Below the pieces are notes generated by a model. The model was not told where the DNA came from. It saw only the letters and a list, made by a program, of their open reading frames with translations, and did not search any database. Of a DNA stretch of 64,000 nucleotides, positions 60,685-64,000 are shown piece by piece (the first letter of the stretch is position 1; the number at the start of each line of letters is the position of its first letter). A program made the translations under genes and the position numbers. Source of the DNA: the human T2T-CHM13v2.0 reference genome, Homo sapiens. Location of the stretch: assembly GCF_009914755.1 (NCBI RefSeq), contig NC_060937.1. One strand, 5' to 3'.

Positions 60685-61234
60685 TTAATATCCAGAGTGA
60701 CTCTAAATGATGTGCTACCAACATAAATCATTGAAACAATCTTGCATGGAATCTTTTATTAAATTCATTCTCTTTTTCTTGCAATTTGTTTATTTACGTA
60801 AATAGCAGGCTCTGGTATCTACTATCTAACTCAAATCATTGGCACCCTAGACTAACGCTCACATTTTATTGGGCAACAATTTTTCACTAAATTAAAATAT
60901 AAATTTCTCCTAAAGTGATGAAACAAAATCTTTAGAATTGGTCATTAAAAACATATTTTAAGTTTTCAGTGTGCTAAAAATATGTGTTTAAGTCACCCAT
61001 AAACTAATGACTTTAGATGAGCCCTCAATTCTTTAGCATATTTAAGGTATTTTGACAGCATCTTCAAGTTGACTGGGTGAGATGCTCCCGGGATAGCTCT
61101 CATCACACTCCAGAGCTCACACCATGTTATTAATTGTGATAAATTCCCTGCCTTGCCCACTAAACTATACATCTTGTGAAAGCTGGAACTTTCTTATTTC
61201 ATTGTATTGTTTCTAAAGTGGAGATACTACAAAC

Positions 61235-61335
61235 ACTGCCTCATAAGATTACAGGAAGTAATTAACACATGTAAGCCACTTAGAACCCACCTGGCATGCA
61301 GTCAAAATTAGACAAATTTCAGGTGTCACTGCAAT
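61235..61335 (+). mobile_element. MIR 3' part
   Basis: catgtaagccacttagaacccacctggcatgcagt. Confidence 0.55.
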
Positions 61336-61419
61336 TTTTTGGCTATTATTATCAGTATTGTTCTCATTCACTTTTATAACTGTGCTGAACACAGTATCTG
61401 GGAAATTATAGTTCCCTAA

Positions 61420-61751
61420 AGTCTTAGTCAGTCTGGTTGCCATAACAGGTTACCATAAACTGGGTGGCTTACGAACAGCAGAAAATATCTCGCCACTCTG
61501 GAGGCTGAAAGTTTGAGATCAAGGGTGCCAGCATGGTCAGATTCTGGTGAGGGCTGTCTTCCGAGTGGCAGATGTCTGCCCTCTTGTATCCTCACAGGGC
61601 AGAAAGAGAGAGATTTACTCTCTTCGTCTTCTTACAAGAGCACTTATGTCATCATGAAGTCTCTACACTCACAGCTTGATCACCTCCCAATGCCCCACAT
61701 CCTCCTTCGACATAAGAATTTTGGGGGCGCACAGACATGTAGTCCATAACA
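61420..61751 (-). mobile_element. MLT1-type MaLR LTR
   Basis: gtcttagtcagtctggttgccataac...tagtccataaca. Confidence 0.85.
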
Positions 61752-64000
61752 CTTAGTATTGTTCCAAGGATGAATAAAAATCATTCTGCCTTCAACTACA
61801 GTTCAGTGACATCAATTCCCATTAGCTCTCAGGCTGTCTGAGGACAGGGAATGTTTTCAGATGTTTCTGATGTCATTATTCTTCACTCCACTAGCCCAGC
61901 ATCTCATATTTAGTGAAAGCCCACTCAACACTAGTTGGAATTCCCTGAAAGAATTGTATAGTGGTGTCAGTATATGGACTCGAGACTTCTGGACATTTCT
62001 CAGGAGTGGCAAAATTTTTCTGAGCCAATTCCCTCCCAAATTAAGGAGGAATAAATTTAGACTTATTTCTCTATGCAGCTTTATAAATAAGTTACTTCTG
62101 GTTTCCTTGGAAGTCTCGATAGTAACAATTGCAATCTGTCTCAGCTTTTTATTTCATTAACGGAATAATAGGTACATGGCAAACATTATTATTAATTGCA
62201 GCCTCCATCTTCTTATATTTATTTATTTTAACATGTCTCAAGAGTTACTGCATTGATCTGAATTCCCAAATATCTTTTACTCTTGAACTTCTAATGGAGT
62301 GACATTTCAACTCTCTTAGTAATTATTTTATATAATTTCACAACTTTGATGGAGCATGACAAAATATACACTGTTAGTCTAAAAAATAGCCGATACATTA
62401 TTTAATATTCTATTAAAATATGTATTTAAGTACCGTCTAATACTATTCACAACATTTAAAGACCAATCTCAGCTTTTTGTGTCTAATAACAGCCCTTGTG
62501 CTTCCAATTACTGTTAAATAATTATGTAAGAAATGATTTGGGTTTTTCCAACAAATAAATACAAAATTGCACATTGTATCATTTTTGGTTTGTGTATCGA
62601 AGGCATGTGCATTCCTGCATTCTAAAGAGTAATTGAAATTTAACTATACTTATAACATCAAATGTGTTTCATAAACTGATGCTTATAATCTTTTTTCTGA
62701 AAAAAAAACGAGTATATTTGTATAGATTTTGTATGCTATTTCTAAATTAGGGCATGGGAGTTTTCAGGCTGTTCTTTGCAAGCTCTTTTCTAAAAATAAT
62801 GCATTGAGGACATGGAAAGGCTTTATTCTGAACAAACAAAAGACAATTTGGACATAATAATCACTACATTTTTCCTCTTAAACATGTGTTTTTAAAGAGC
62901 CACAGACATCCTAAGATGCCATGTAAGAATGTGGATTAGATGAATGCAAATTATCAATCTGCTGATCAATTCATATTGAGGCAAATTTGCAGAATTAGTA
63001 TCAATTTTGTACACTTTGATACTTAATGCATTTCACTATCAATGTTTTTAAACAATAATATGGTCAAAATGAAGGCTATCAACTAATACGTATTAGTGAC
63101 ATTCAGCTGTGGATCGACACATTATGATACTCATCTGGTTGCCACTACATATTGTAAATGAAACAGTTATTCAAATAGCCCACCTTAAAATTTAAAAAAA
63201 GGAAGCTCAAAATTATTATTTTATCACCTTTTTTTTACAAAGCAGACATGGAGACTGACACTATTCCTATCTTTCATAAGGGGAACCCCTTGGAGTTTGT
63301 GTCTCACCAAGTGGAAACACCTGTCTGGCTTGTTCTTCCTCTTTCTTTGAATCTTGTGTATTACAAGGACTCATAGAAGCTGACCACCCTTAAAGTGGAT
63401 GGGAGAAAGACAATCAGAAGTCCTAATTCTCCTTTTAAAAGGAACAGAGAAAATCTATGAGATGGGAGACTGCAGTGAAGAATCCAGTCATTATTTTGAT
63501 TATTAAAAGTTTTCATTAGACCTATGTTATTTCCTGAAATGGGAAAGCACCTTATTGTAATCACCTCCCCCCTAAGATGAAGATGAAATGTTTAATGTTC
63601 TTTGGGAATACTACTTCCATTCTTCGTGAAGAGTGACAGAGGAAGGATGTCATCATGATTATGGCGTCAGCACTTCATTTTTAGAACTACAAGTTCTTAG
63701 GACTGAGACGCTAGGCTGTCCTTCAGAATCCACATGTAGTAAGTACCTGAAAACCAATTCAACCATCTTTCCTGAGTTTGCCATTGATGTCCTCCTTGAA
63801 AGCCACATTCCTTAAGACACCCTGGTCATGTCCAACTGGGCGCACTGCAAATCCAAATTTCTATTAAAATCATGTTTCTCTTCTCTTAACCCAGCTCTTC
63901 AAGAGCATTCACTTGCTCCTTCTACTACTCTAAATTTCTGACTCTTCCCTTTAAGACCATTTCAGTGGTTCTCCCGTTCAGCCCAGAATACTTCCTCCCG

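Overview
AT-rich, CpG-depleted primate (human-like) genomic DNA that is intergenic or deep intronic. I found no supportable host protein-coding exon, RNA gene or CpG island, and nearly all listed ORFs are L1/Alu/LTR remnants or chance frames. The window is dominated by transposable elements: a full-length but inactivated L1PA4/5-type LINE-1 (minus strand, about 14.7-20.8 kb), a twin-primed L1PA, older L1M copies, about 13 Alu/FLAM elements, MaLR and MLT2 LTRs, DNA transposon fossils, and MIR/L2 fragments. Several structures are not explained by ordinary repeat annotation: (1) a 380-bp 3' transduction inside the target-site duplication (TSD) of the full-length L1; (2) a 717-bp non-TE retroposed insert with a perfect 14-bp TSD; (3) a 66-bp locally templated insertion inside an Alu, copied from 1.2 kb away; (4) several fold-back (template-switch) scars inside repeats; (5) a scrambled Tigger1; (6) a perfect 15-bp estrogen response element; (7) a perfect DUX4 motif in an MLT2A LTR. 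Subfamily names come from recalled consensus sequences and need RepeatMasker/Dfam confirmation. I see no evidence for a novel multi-gene system.
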